A DNA stretch of 31,244 nt from a virus (lineage: Duplodnaviria > Heunggongvirae > Uroviricota > Caudoviricetes). The notes under the pieces were generated by a model, which made no database searches, was not told where the DNA came from, and was given only the letters and a program-made list of their open reading frames with translations. Shown piece after piece: positions 1 to 8,566 of this stretch (position 1 is its first letter; every line of letters starts with the position of its first letter). Location: IMG/VR virus record IMGVR_UViG_2585428013_000006, one strand, 5' to 3'. A program made the translations under genes and the position numbers.

Positions 1-648
1 ATGGAAACAATCATCACCGTTATCGCTGCTGTTGCTGGGATCGCTTTTTGGGTTGGGCTAATCAATCCCAAATGGGTTTTTATGCCAAATCGAAAGCGTT
101 CATCTGCTATCTACTTCGGGGTGTGCCTCTTGGCAGCAATCATAGGTTCAATGGTTGCACCAGTCGCGCCGAAAGCTGTTGCTGATAATAAGCCTCAACC
201 AGCAGTGACAACCACAGATCAAACACAACCTGCGGCTAAATCCAAAGAGCAATTAACAACCACTATCGACTTTTCAGAAGCGACCAATCAACTTCCCCCG
301 GCTTTATCTAAGGCGCTCGGTAAGTTGAACCTCACAGTTAAGCCCGTCATTTACAACAAAGCTTTAGTGGTTGCATTCAATTTTGACAGCATAGAAGAAT
401 TACAGGCGACAAGCGCCGTCCAGTCCGTATGTCTCAGCTACTTCAATCATGGGGAATCTAACAGGGCATGGAAGGCTAGTTTATTCGATCATATTTATGT
501 GACTAACGACATTTTAACCAAAGGCTACGTTTTTCAAGGTGGCGAATCTTCGTGTGATATCTGGGGCAAGAAGGCTGGGGATAGTGGCGATCAATATTTA
601 AGTGAAAACCTTACACGATCAAGGTTTGTAGCCATAAATATGAAATGA
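1..648 (+). CDS. Hypothetical membrane protein with two N-terminal hydrophobic helices; cargo or flanking host gene
   Basis: Complete ORF with ATG at position 1; hydrophobic segments IITVIAAVAGIAFWVGLI and IYFGVCLLAAIIGSMVAPVAP; visibly more AT-rich than the phage core; followed by a hairpin terminator. No family recognised. Confidence 0.45.
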   Translation: METIITVIAAVAGIAFWVGLINPKWVFMPNRKRSSAIYFGVCLLAAIIGSMVAPVAPKAVADNKPQPAVTTTDQTQPAAKSKEQLTTTIDFSEATNQLPPALSKALGKLNLTVKPVIYNKALVVAFNFDSIEELQATSAVQSVCLSYFNHGESNRAWKASLFDHIYVTNDILTKGYVFQGGESSCDIWGKKAGDSGDQYLSENLTRSRFVAINMK

Positions 649-652
649 ATAA

Positions 653-678
653 CGGCCCCATTTAGGGGCCGCTTTTAT
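653..678. terminator. Bidirectional rho-independent terminator shared by the left-edge ORF and ogr
   Basis: Hairpin CGGCCCC-ATTTA-GGGGCCG at 653-671 followed by CTTTTAT on the + strand; T-rich flank on the - strand as well. Confidence 0.6.
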
Positions 679-917
679 AATGCCAGCGACAACTGATCTT
701 CGCCGTGGTGACTTCGTGGAAAAGCTTCTTGTGGCACCATCGCGCCGGGCGCTGGCTGGGTCTGGTTTAGTGAACCGTCTATTTCCGTCATGCTGGTGAA
801 ACAGTACCCGCACAACATATTTTGACACTGGTGATAGCTGCGCCGTACAAGCAAACTCAGCTCAACGCTGGTTCTGGTTTTTGCTATTGCACGGCAGCGA
901 GGACAGCGCATTGCCAT
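675..917 (-). CDS. ogr: Ogr/Delta-type zinc-finger late transcription activator
   Basis: 80 aa, MAMRCPRCRA...RTS...YHQCQNMLCGYCF matches the Ogr C-x2-C...C-x4-C pattern; AAGGAGG 8 nt upstream of ATG at 917; sits next to D as in P2. Confidence 0.8.
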   Translation of the reverse strand: MAMRCPRCRAIAKTRTSVELSLLVRRSYHQCQNMLCGYCFTSMTEIDGSLNQTQPAPGAMVPQEAFPRSHHGEDQLSLAL

Positions 918-965
918 ACGCGGGCCTCCTTTCAGGACTGGTTAATATCAACGCAAGTATAACGC

Positions 966-2084
966 TTAAGACGTTGAATCGTCACTCTCCGCTGTCCAGT
1001 CGTCGATTTTTACTTCCAGTTCCAGCGACGTGGTAAACCCTCCCCCGCCAATATCGTGAACGCACCGCGTTATCGTCCAGTTCCCACTGTCGATCGTGGA
1101 CTTAAAGCCACAGACGCTGGCGGGCTGTTCCGGGTACAAATCTGTTCGGCCACGCGCCAGGGTGATGCTGAACGTCGCCGCTCCACGCTGCAACTCCCGC
1201 CACTTAGCCGCAGCGGCACGCTTTGCCGCCTTTTCCGTCTTGAAGGTTTTACGGATAACAAAAACGTTACCTTCTGCCCCGGCCAGATAATCCCCCTCTT
1301 TTTTGCTGGATGCAGGCTCTTTCTTTTTGGCCTGGCTGGTTCGGCGCCTGCGGGTTGTTTTCTTGACGGTAGTGGATGGTTTCTTGCCAAAGTTGAGATC
1401 AAGCCAGTATGCAGTTACGCCCGTGTACGCGTCGCGGTCAGCTACGTTAAAGCTATGTTTATCACCGCTTGACCGGACTATCTCGATCACCGGCAGCGGC
1501 TTGCCGCTCTGCGTCACTCCCTTGCCCGGCGTGATAAACAGAAGCATACCGTTTTTAATGGTTGCCACCGCGCCCAGCATTTCGGCCATGCGCGTTAAGA
1601 AGCTGATATCTGATTCACTCGTCTGATCGGCGTGGTCTATCTCAATCTTCGCCAGTTCTTCGCTGACGCCCGCACGCAGATCGTAGCGACTGGCAATGCT
1701 GGCGACCACATCCCCCACGGTAATATCGTGCCAGCTATATTCCCTCTTCACGTTGAAGGTATCGCGGAAATCCGCGCTTCTGGCACTGATCGTTAGCTGG
1801 TCAGGCGGGCCAGCGTGTCCGATCTCATCAACCGTATAGACGCCCTTAAAAACCAACGGATCATTATCCCAGCCCAGCGCCACCGATATCTTTGCACCGC
1901 GTGGTGGTAATGCTACCTGCCCGTCTGCATCATCCAGAGTCAGATCCAGCGTGTCCGCTTCAAAGCCCCGGTTATCAGTCAGGGAAAGAGAGATCAGCCG
2001 GTTATCCAGCGCCGTAAGCTGATTACCTTCAATTTCAATACTGAACGCCGGACGCGGCGAATATCGGTTTTCTGTCGTGTCCAT
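966..2084 (-). CDS. D: Tail protein D (phage late control D family)
   Basis: 372 aa; recognisable gpD-family sequence; ATG at 2084 with GAAGGGG upstream. Confidence 0.85.
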   Translation of the reverse strand: MDTTENRYSPRPAFSIEIEGNQLTALDNRLISLSLTDNRGFEADTLDLTLDDADGQVALPPRGAKISVALGWDNDPLVFKGVYTVDEIGHAGPPDQLTISARSADFRDTFNVKREYSWHDITVGDVVASIASRYDLRAGVSEELAKIEIDHADQTSESDISFLTRMAEMLGAVATIKNGMLLFITPGKGVTQSGKPLPVIEIVRSSGDKHSFNVADRDAYTGVTAYWLDLNFGKKPSTTVKKTTRRRRTSQAKKKEPASSKKEGDYLAGAEGNVFVIRKTFKTEKAAKRAAAAKWRELQRGAATFSITLARGRTDLYPEQPASVCGFKSTIDSGNWTITRCVHDIGGGGFTTSLELEVKIDDWTAESDDSTS

Positions 2085-2151
2085 ATCAACCCCTTCATCA
2101 TGATGGGGTACATCGTCGCCACGCGCGCGCGCATGAACAACGCCCCGTCAT

Positions 2152-2169
2152 TGTTGCAGGTTGCTGACA
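2152..2169. promoter_or_regulatory. TGT-N12-ACA dyad, candidate Ogr-dependent late promoter activator site (PF-like) in the D/FI divergent region
   Basis: TGTTGCAGGTTGCTGACA; centre about 81 bp upstream of the FI ATG and 76 bp upstream of the D ATG; (CG)5 tract at 2122-2132. Confidence 0.6.
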
Positions 2170-2241
2170 ACCCTTATTCATCGCATCGGCCTGCCATTGC
2201 CGCAATGATATTCGCAGTCATTAAACTGGCGAGGCAAATAC

Positions 2242-3435
2242 ATGGCCACTAACTACCATCGCGGTGTAACCGTCACGGAAACCACCGACCTTAGCACGAT
2301 GATCACCGACATTGATTCGGCGGTGATCGGTGTTGTCTGCACCGCTGATGATGCGGACGAAACAGCGTTCCCGCTGGATACCCCTGTACTGATCACCCGC
2401 GTGGCTAACATGCTGGGCAAGGCAGGTAAAACCGGCACCCTGTTTACCACCCTGAAAGCGATTTCAGACCAGACCAGCCCGCAAACCATTGTGATCCGCG
2501 TTGCTGATGCTGCAAATATCGAACCGCCAGAAGGCGGCACCGCTCCAACACAGGATCAACTGGTTATTGGCGGCACCGATGCAAACGGACGCTTTACCGG
2601 CATGTACGCGCTGCTGTCTGCCGAAATGCGCGTAGGCGTGCGCCCACGTGTGCTGGCTGTTCCCGGTCTTGATACGGAAGCGGTGGCCGCACAACTCGGC
2701 GTCATTGCCGAAAAGCTGCGCGCGTTTGCTTACGTGGCAGCGAACGGCTGCAACACCATCGCCGAAGTGAAGGAATACCGCGAACAGTTCTCCCAGCGTG
2801 AAATGATGGTTATCTGGCCTAATTTCATCTGCTACGACATCAACGCCGGGGCGAATGCTACCGTGCCCGTGGGTGCCCATGCGGTTGGGATGCGCGCCAA
2901 AATCGACGCAACGCAGGGCTGGCATAAAACCATTTCCAACGTGCCCGTTAATAACGTGCTGGGGATGGATCGGGATATCTATTTCACGTTGCAGGGCACC
3001 GATACCGACGCCGACGAACTGAACGCAGCAGGCGTTACCACGCTGATCAAGCAGGACGGCTACCGCATCTGGGGATCGCGTACCTGCGACGCAGAAACGT
3101 ATATCTTCGAAAGCTATACCCGAACCGCGCAGATCGTTGCGGATACCGTCGCCGAAGCCCATTTCGCCTATGTTGATAAACCGCTTACCCCGTCGCTGGT
3201 TAAGGACATTGTGGACGGCATCAATAAGAAGCTGACCTCATACGTGACGGCTGGCAAGCTGCTGGGCGCCCGCTGCTGGTATGACCCGGAACCGAATACC
3301 TCGGAAACCCTGCGCAATGGTCAACTGACCATTAAGTACAACTACACCCCTGTTCCACCGCTGGAAAATCTCAGCCTGGTACAGGAGTTTACCGACGAAT
3401 ATTTCGCTACGTTTTCCAGCGCAGTGAATAACTAA
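2242..3435 (+). CDS. FI: Contractile tail sheath protein FI
   Basis: 397 aa; strong resemblance to P2 FI throughout (e.g. GVPGLDT, KLRAF, NFSQRE.MVIWP, GWHKT.SNV, YTPVPPLENL); ATG at 2242. Confidence 0.95.
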   Translation: MATNYHRGVTVTETTDLSTMITDIDSAVIGVVCTADDADETAFPLDTPVLITRVANMLGKAGKTGTLFTTLKAISDQTSPQTIVIRVADAANIEPPEGGTAPTQDQLVIGGTDANGRFTGMYALLSAEMRVGVRPRVLAVPGLDTEAVAAQLGVIAEKLRAFAYVAANGCNTIAEVKEYREQFSQREMMVIWPNFICYDINAGANATVPVGAHAVGMRAKIDATQGWHKTISNVPVNNVLGMDRDIYFTLQGTDTDADELNAAGVTTLIKQDGYRIWGSRTCDAETYIFESYTRTAQIVADTVAEAHFAYVDKPLTPSLVKDIVDGINKKLTSYVTAGKLLGARCWYDPEPNTSETLRNGQLTIKYNYTPVPPLENLSLVQEFTDEYFATFSSAVNN

Positions 3436-3447
3436 CCGGGGGCGCTT

Positions 3448-3963
3448 ATGGCACTGCCTAAGAAACTTAAATATTTCAATATGTTTTTTGACGGTGATAA
3501 CTACTTCGGCATGGTGCCGGAAATTACCCCCGCCAAACTCACCAAAAAAACCGAAGACTACCAGGCGGGCGGTATGCCGGGTTCGGTTGCGGTGGATCTG
3601 GGCTTCGACGCTGGCGCCCTGGATATGGATATCACGCTTGGCGGTCTGGATGCCGGATTGCTTAAAAAATGGGGCGTTACCACTGCTGACGGGATGCAAA
3701 CACGTTTTGCTGGCTCCTATCAGGACGATGCGACCGGCGACGCTGTACCGTGCGAAATCCAGACGCGTGGCCGCTTCACTGAACTGGATCCCGGTTCGGC
3801 AAAAGTCGGGGATGACACTTCGCATAAGTACACCCTGAAAAACACCTATTACAAGCTGACCATCAACGGCGAAGAGATTATCGAAGTTGATGTGCTCAAC
3901 ATGATCTACAAAGTTGCCGGTGTGGATGTGCTGGAAAAACACCGCGCTAACATCGGCTTATAA
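3448..3963 (+). CDS. FII: Tail tube protein FII
   Basis: 171 aa, immediately after FI; size and position match P2 FII; ATG 3448 with G-rich RBS. Confidence 0.85.
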   Translation: MALPKKLKYFNMFFDGDNYFGMVPEITPAKLTKKTEDYQAGGMPGSVAVDLGFDAGALDMDITLGGLDAGLLKKWGVTTADGMQTRFAGSYQDDATGDAVPCEIQTRGRFTELDPGSAKVGDDTSHKYTLKNTYYKLTINGEEIIEVDVLNMIYKVAGVDVLEKHRANIGL

Positions 3964-3977
3964 GGAAACCCGGCACC

Positions 3978-4313
3978 ATGAGCAAGACCAAAGAAAACAC
4001 CGTTATTCTTACCGCCCCTATTACGCGCGGTAAGACCAAAATCACCGAGGTGGCGATCACTTCCGTGCTTAAACAGGCTGGATCACTGCGTGGTTTAAAA
4101 GCCTATGACGTGTTGACGTCCAACTATGACGCGCTGGTTATTCTTCTGCCCCGCGTTACCGCTCCGGCATTAACTGCCGATGAGATTGCCAGAATGGATA
4201 CCTGGGATTTTTGCCAGCTAGCCAACGCGGTGGTTGATTTTTTGCAACCCTCTTCGGATCTGAACGAGACGGATACGGGCAACGAATCATCCGATGCCCC
4301 TGCGAACGCATAG
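3978..4313 (+). CDS. E: Tail assembly chaperone E
   Basis: 111-aa ORF between the tube and tape-measure genes; AAGGAA RBS; contains slippery heptamer TTTTTTG at 4238-4244. Confidence 0.7.
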   Translation: MSKTKENTVILTAPITRGKTKITEVAITSVLKQAGSLRGLKAYDVLTSNYDALVILLPRVTAPALTADEIARMDTWDFCQLANAVVDFLQPSSDLNETDTGNESSDAPANA

Positions 4314-4438
4314 AAGACCTGATGGCAGATATCGCCGTCATATTCCACTGGCGGCCGGTAGAGATGGACGCCATGACGGTACAGGAAATACTGTTATGGC
4401 GTGATCAGGCGGCTGCGCGCAGTGGTGGAGATCACTAA
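3978..4438 (+). CDS. E+E' fusion product made by programmed -1 ribosomal frameshift at 4238-4244
   Basis: The -1 frame after T_TTT_TTG stays open for 65 codons and stops at TAA 4436-4438, immediately before the tape-measure ATG at 4439; matches the P2 E/E' arrangement. Confidence 0.55.
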
Positions 4439-7372
4439 ATGGCAGACCGCAATTTAAATATCAGGGTGGCATTCAGCGCCCTGAATAATATGTCCCGCCC
4501 TGTCAACGCGGCGCGCCAGAGTGCCGCCGCGTTGGCATCTCAAATCAATCAGACCAAAACCAGCATTAAAGGGCTTGAGCGTCAGGCAACCAGCTTTGAC
4601 CGCCTCACCGCAGCCAATAAAAAAACCACCGAACAACTGGCCCAGGCGAAAGAACAGGCCCGGCAAATGGCGGCGGCTTATGGCCCGTTACGCCAGCGTA
4701 GCGCCGAACAGGTTGCCGCTCTCAATCAGCAACGTGCAGCCATTCGCCAGTTAACCCAGCAGCAGAAAGGCGAGCAGACGCAGCTTAACCAGTTGCGCGC
4801 CAGCTTCTACAGCGAAGGCATTGCGATCAGCAGTGCCAGCCGGGCGACGGAACAGATCAACCAGCGCACCGCGCAATACAATCGCCAGCTTGCCGAACAG
4901 CAGCGACGGCTTGACGCTGTTAACCAGGCGCAGGCCCGTTACAGCCGCGCCAAAGAAACCGGCGAAAAGATGATGAGCGGGGGAATGAAAACCGCCGCAG
5001 TAGGGGCGGCAACCCTCGCACCTGTCGCCGCTGCGGTGAAATCCTACAGCAGCCTTGAAGACGCGATGAAGGGCGTAGCCAAACAGGTAAACGGCTTGCG
5101 TGACGACAGCGGCAACCGCACCCCGCAATATGAAGAAATGCAGCGGGCGATCATGGATGCCAGCGAAAAGCTGCCAATGGCTAACGGTGCTGTTGACTAT
5201 GCCGCCCTGGTCGAAGGCGGCGCGCGTATGGGCGTTGCAAACAGCGATGATCCGTGGGAAAAACAAAAAGCCGATCTGCTGGCTTTCGCCAGCATGGCGG
5301 CAAAAGCTTCGGTAGCCTTTGAACTGCCCGCCGATCAGCTTTCTGAAAGCCTGGGTAAAATTGCCGGGCTGTATAAAATCCCTACCCAGAATATTGAACA
5401 GTTGGGCGACGCCATAAACTACCTGGACGATAACGCGAAGTCGAAAGGCTCCGATATTATCGACGTGCTCCAGCGCGTTGGCGGGCTTGCCAGCCAACTG
5501 GATTACAAGCAAGCCGCCGCGCTGGGTTCCACCTTTCTGACGCTTGGATCACCTGCCGAAGTTGCCGCCAGCGCAACCAATGCAATGGTGCGCGAACTAT
5601 CGATTGCCACAGTACAAAGCGATAAATTTTTGGGTGCGCTGGATGAAATCGGCGTCAATGCTGAAAAAGTCCAGAAAAGCATGTCAGTGGACGCGATGGG
5701 CACGATTATTTCAGTGCTCGAAGCCTCTAAAAAACTTGCACCAGATAAGCAGGTAGCCAACCTTACCCAGATTTTCGGTAAAGAGTTCGGGGATGATGCG
5801 CAGAAACTTGCCAACAACCTGCCAGAACTGCGCCGCCAGATAGAACTGACGCAGGGCGCAGCCGCTAAAGGTTCCATGAACCGGGAATCTGATATTAATA
5901 AAGCTTCCCTTTCCGCTCAGTGGCAATTGACCAAAACCGGCGCGGTTAACGCATTCAGTTCAGCAGGGGAAACGCTCCGCGAACCGCTGATGGATATCAT
6001 GCTTACCGTCAGTAAGGTGATTGGCAGCGTCCGCCGCTGGGTTGAGGCAAACCCTGCGCTGGTTGGCTCAATCATGAAAGTCACCGCAGCCATAGGCGCG
6101 TTGCTGGTTGTCGTGGGTGGTCTGATGCTGTCTATCGGCGCAGTGCTGGGCCCGATGGCGCTTGTTCGCCTCAGCTTCACCACGCTGGCCGGGGAAGGAG
6201 GAATAGCACGGCTGACTGGCGGAGTAATGCGCCTGGGTGGTGCGTTCCAGTGGCTTGCTGGCTCGCCTATGCAGGCATTATTAAGCGCCGGTCGCATGGT
6301 ATTCGGCCCGCTTATCACGCTACTGGCTGGCATTTCTGCGCCCGTATGGGGGCTGATTGCGCTCTTTGCGGCAGCAGCAGTGGCCGTCATTAAATTCTGG
6401 GAACCAATACAGGCATTTTTCACTGGTTTCTTTAACGGTATCATGACGGGCTTGCAACCTGTATTTGATGCTTTCAACGCTGTTTTCGCTCCATTAGCCC
6501 CAATCTTTGACGCGATAGGCTCCGCTATTAGCGGCGTTTGGGATTGGTTTACAAAATTGCTTGAACCGATCAAATTTTCCAGCGATGCGTTAGAAACTTG
6601 CACTACTGTTGGCGAAACATTTGGGAGGGTTCTGGGTACTGCAATAAGCGGTTTGCTTTGGCCGCTACAAAAATTGATGGAGGGTGTCGGCTGGGTACTG
6701 GAGAAACTTGATCTAATTCCTGCTGGGCTTGATGCAGCAAACGCCAAAGCAAATAGCCTTAAAAAAGATCCCGTTGTCTGGGAGTGGGATCCGCAACAAA
6801 AGAAAATGGTTAAAAAGGATTGGAACTGGTCGCCAGATAAACCAAACCAGCCTAAACCGCCAAAACCGCCAATAACACCTAAGCCAGTTGGTATCCCAGA
6901 CCTTATGGGATCGCCGAACTTAACCCCGAAGATGAGCAAGAGTCTGGATAAAATCGCAGACAACACGGGAAAAATGGCAGCAAAAGACGGGCCCGGCGAA
7001 ATCGTCTTCAAGAATAAGCAGCCTTATATCCCGATCCGGGGCGGATATTCGGAACCGCTTAAGCAGGCGCAGCGCCAGCTACCATCCCTTACGGATTGGG
7101 TGACGCAGCAGGCCGGATCTCTGATCGCTTCCGTTACGCCGTGGCAGGTTGAGAAGCCCGCCGCACGGGTGCCCGTTTCGGCGTCGCCGTCTGCGGCCTC
7201 CGTCGCTGCGCTGATGCCCGCGCCGGGTGGCGATGTATATAACCTTAGCTTCGACTTTAGCGGCCAGAAACTGGATGAAGAAACCATTATCAGGCGCGTG
7301 CGCGAAGAACTTGCGTTAGCGAAGCAGCAGGCCGACCGGCGCAAGCGCTCCCAACTGATCGATCACGTCTAA
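4439..7372 (+). CDS. T: Tail tape measure protein T
   Basis: 977 aa; coiled-coil Q/A-rich N-terminus, hydrophobic Gly/Ala-rich central region; located after E/E'. Confidence 0.9.
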   Translation: MADRNLNIRVAFSALNNMSRPVNAARQSAAALASQINQTKTSIKGLERQATSFDRLTAANKKTTEQLAQAKEQARQMAAAYGPLRQRSAEQVAALNQQRAAIRQLTQQQKGEQTQLNQLRASFYSEGIAISSASRATEQINQRTAQYNRQLAEQQRRLDAVNQAQARYSRAKETGEKMMSGGMKTAAVGAATLAPVAAAVKSYSSLEDAMKGVAKQVNGLRDDSGNRTPQYEEMQRAIMDASEKLPMANGAVDYAALVEGGARMGVANSDDPWEKQKADLLAFASMAAKASVAFELPADQLSESLGKIAGLYKIPTQNIEQLGDAINYLDDNAKSKGSDIIDVLQRVGGLASQLDYKQAAALGSTFLTLGSPAEVAASATNAMVRELSIATVQSDKFLGALDEIGVNAEKVQKSMSVDAMGTIISVLEASKKLAPDKQVANLTQIFGKEFGDDAQKLANNLPELRRQIELTQGAAAKGSMNRESDINKASLSAQWQLTKTGAVNAFSSAGETLREPLMDIMLTVSKVIGSVRRWVEANPALVGSIMKVTAAIGALLVVVGGLMLSIGAVLGPMALVRLSFTTLAGEGGIARLTGGVMRLGGAFQWLAGSPMQALLSAGRMVFGPLITLLAGISAPVWGLIALFAAAAVAVIKFWEPIQAFFTGFFNGIMTGLQPVFDAFNAVFAPLAPIFDAIGSAISGVWDWFTKLLEPIKFSSDALETCTTVGETFGRVLGTAISGLLWPLQKLMEGVGWVLEKLDLIPAGLDAANAKANSLKKDPVVWEWDPQQKKMVKKDWNWSPDKPNQPKPPKPPITPKPVGIPDLMGSPNLTPKMSKSLDKIADNTGKMAAKDGPGEIVFKNKQPYIPIRGGYSEPLKQAQRQLPSLTDWVTQQAGSLIASVTPWQVEKPAARVPVSASPSAASVAALMPAPGGDVYNLSFDFSGQKLDEETIIRRVREELALAKQQADRRKRSQLIDHV

Positions 7373-7382
7373 GGGCAATATC

Positions 7383-7832
7383 ATGATGATGATTCTGGGG
7401 ATGTTCCCCTTTTCACTGCAAACCACGCCTTACCAGAGTGCGAATAAAACCAACTCCTGGCGGCACGTCAAAAACGATCGCGTGGGGAAATCCCCGCGCT
7501 ATCAGTTCATCGGCGCAGATGAAGAACCTTTCGTACTTAGCGGCACGCTGTACCCCGAAATAAGTGGCGGTGATGTGTCGCTTGTCATGCTGGAAACTAT
7601 GGCCTTTTCCGGGCGACCGTGGCCCCTGATAGAAGGTACGGGCAGGATCTACGGCATGTATGTGATTGAGCAGATCACGCAAAACCGGACGGAGTTTTTT
7701 AAGGACGGGAAGGCAAAGAAAATTGATTTTACGCTGAACCTGAAACGGGTAAGCGAGGACATACGGGAAAAGCTGGCCGAAACTACCACCGACGATCTCT
7801 TCTCTCTGGTGAAAACCAACCTTTCGATATAA
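7383..7832 (+). CDS. U: Tail protein U
   Basis: 149 aa immediately after T; gpU-like size and position. Confidence 0.8.
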   Translation: MMMILGMFPFSLQTTPYQSANKTNSWRHVKNDRVGKSPRYQFIGADEEPFVLSGTLYPEISGGDVSLVMLETMAFSGRPWPLIEGTGRIYGMYVIEQITQNRTEFFKDGKAKKIDFTLNLKRVSEDIREKLAETTTDDLFSLVKTNLSI

Positions 7833-7836
7833 GAAA

Positions 7837-7855
7837 AGCGGGCCTTTGCCCGCTT
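7837..7855. terminator. Hairpin terminator in the convergent U/G intergenic region
   Basis: AGCGGGC-CTTTG-GCCCGCT; T-run on the minus-strand side (TTTTCTTAT), C/T-rich on the plus side. Confidence 0.5.
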
Positions 7856-7881
7856 CCCCTCCTTGCGGCACTGCCATAACT

Positions 7882-7943
7882 GACCGTGCTGCAGCACCGT
7901 TAAAAATGACTGTACTCGATACGCACGGCCAGCACGGTTAGAA
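7882..7943. repeat. 62-bp intergenic repeat, copy 1; hairpin-capable; about 82 percent identical to 13913-13974
   Basis: Hand alignment: CCGTGCTG[C/G]AGCAC...AAAAATGAC...ATACGCACGGCCAGCAC[G/A]GTTA shared by both copies; terminal arms CCGTGCTG and CAGCACGG are reverse complements. Confidence 0.7.
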
Positions 7944-7969
7944 CCGGCCATGCGTGCCGGAATGAAAAC

Positions 7970-8566
7970 TTATTCCGGCTTATCCGGCCAGATGATATCC
8001 GGCGCTTTTGACGTGTCCACCGCCTGCACGGCTTTGATGTAGTTCATCCAGGCGATCAGGCTGGTTTTATCTTCATCGCTGATAATGCCTAACTGTAGCT
8101 CCGTCTGCCAGAGACTGATCGTTGCCTGCGCCTCACTCAATAACGCTGTTTTCTGTTGCTCCGCCGCTTCCACGTCCGCCGCGTGCTGCGCTTCGGTATC
8201 CGTCACCCACTCGCTACCGTTCCACGTATCATATGGCGTAGCAGGTGCCAGGGTGGTGGTATTTTCCGGGTAATCGCCAGGCAAAGAAACGATCAAGGAT
8301 TCGCCTGTTTCAGTACTGTATACCGTTTCACCACGGTGATCGGCGACGTATTCCCAGGCGGTCAAATCGGCTGTCCGGCAAATGGCCGAACCGGCTTTAG
8401 TTTTACCTGGTGCGTCAGTACAAGAGTTTGCGGGAAGACCGACGCCTACGGCCAGATATTCAACGGATGAAGAAAGGTATTCGCGCGTCTCACCCTCGAA
8501 GTTAAACACGGTAATATCACCGGCCACAGTAGCAATAAATTCACTGTTTAATTTTGCCTTTGCCAT
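7970..8566 (-). CDS. G: Tail fiber assembly protein (G-like)
   Basis: 198 aa directly downstream of the tail fiber gene; ATG 8566 overlaps the H stop. Confidence 0.75.
   Translation of the reverse strand: MAKAKLNSEFIATVAGDITVFNFEGETREYLSSSVEYLAVGVGLPANSCTDAPGKTKAGSAICRTADLTAWEYVADHRGETVYSTETGESLIVSLPGDYPENTTTLAPATPYDTWNGSEWVTDTEAQHAADVEAAEQQKTALLSEAQATISLWQTELQLGIISDEDKTSLIAWMNYIKAVQAVDTSKAPDIIWPDKPE

Noticed and set aside
619-828. 69-aa minus-strand ORF overlapping ogr
   Set aside because: Alternate frame of the ogr region; the ogr frame carries the zinc-finger motif and a strong RBS.
2464-3942. 232-aa and 234-aa minus-strand ORFs inside FI and FII
   Set aside because: Antisense to strongly recognisable sheath and tube genes; spurious.
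5917-7011. 364-aa ORF antisense to the tape measure gene (also 4751-5512 and 5503-5877)
   Set aside because: These lie wholly inside T on the opposite strand and are low-complexity with no RBS context. They are typical spurious antisense ORFs in GC-rich coding DNA.
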